A stretch of DNA of 64,000 bases from assembly GCF_036321535.1 (NCBI RefSeq), contig NC_087437.1, forward strand, positions 28,088,001 to 28,152,000, read 5' to 3'. This document shows, in pieces, positions 63,470-64,000 of the stretch (its first letter is position 1; every line of letters begins with the position of its first letter). This DNA is from Camelus dromedarius (lineage: Eukaryota). Below the pieces are notes generated by a model. It had not been told where the DNA came from. It did no database searches and saw only the letters and a program-made list of their open reading frames with translations. Made by a program: the position numbers and the translations under genes.

Positions 63470-64000
63470 TAGGCATACCTCAATTTATTTTGCTTTGCTT
63501 TATTGTGATTCCCAGATACTACATTTTTTTTTAAATTGAAGGTTTGTGGCAACCCTGCATCCAGCAATTCAACAGCATTAATTAAATTTTTTTCTTTTTT
63601 TTATTTCTTTCTCTTTTTTTGCAAGTTTTAAAAGTTACACTCCATTTAGAGTTATCACAAAACATTGGCTCTATTCCCTGTGTTGTACAATGCATCCTTG
63701 TGCCTATCTTATACACACTAGCTTGAACTTCCCACTCCCTAACCCCTACATTGCCCCTCCCCTCCCTCTCCCCACTGGTAACCACTAGTTTGTTCTATCT
63801 GTGAGTCTGCCTCTTTTATGTTATTTTCACTAGTTTGTTGTACTTTCTAGATTCTACATATAAGTGATATCGTACAGTATTATTGGAGGGCATCAGTGGC
63901 ATTAATTTTAAATTATGTACATTTTTAGGCATAATGCTTTTGCACACTTAATAGACTACAATATAATGTAAACATAATTTTTATATGTTATAATTTGTGT
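63470..64000 (+). mobile_element. Internally deleted Tigger1-type DNA transposon, split by an L1 insertion
   Basis: 5' end (T)AGGCATACCTC...AAATTGAAGGTTTGTGGCAACCCTGC after TA; 3' part GCACACTTAATAGACTACA...TGTAAACATAA. Confidence 0.85.
63584..63898 (-). mobile_element. Younger L1 3'-end insertion inside Tigger1
   Basis: T-rich tail, then CCCACTGGTAACCACTAGTTTGTTCTATCTGTGAGTCTG (homologous to 38040-38085); flanked by GCATTAATT at 63575 and 63899. Confidence 0.85.

Overview
Mammalian genomic DNA, AT-rich and CpG-depleted. It is most likely from a camelid, judged by three tRNA-derived SINE copies that match the camelid Vic-1 type as I recall it. The only protein-coding gene I can support is SUCNR1 (succinate receptor, GPR91) on the + strand. 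Its start codon sits alone at the end of an upstream exon (ATG 12502-12504, donor GTAAGC) and splices in phase 0 to the main exon 18543-19532, giving an intact 330-aa class A GPCR (MAWNATCKNW...FREK). The ORF track's 18633 start is an internal GTG. Most of the rest is intergenic or intronic sequence with decayed transposons (L1, L2, MIR, MaLR LTRs, hAT MERs, Tigger1); family names come from remembered consensus sequences and boundaries are approximate. I found no clearly new biological system. Best leads: an orphan CpG-rich promoter-like island at about 37.3-37.6 kb; SUCNR1 substitutions (His at 1.31, no serines in the C-tail); a STAT/ETS/octamer promoter cluster; an L2-derived segment that is an exon in human but lacks its donor here; a decayed (Gln-X)n remnant; and an E-box cluster.
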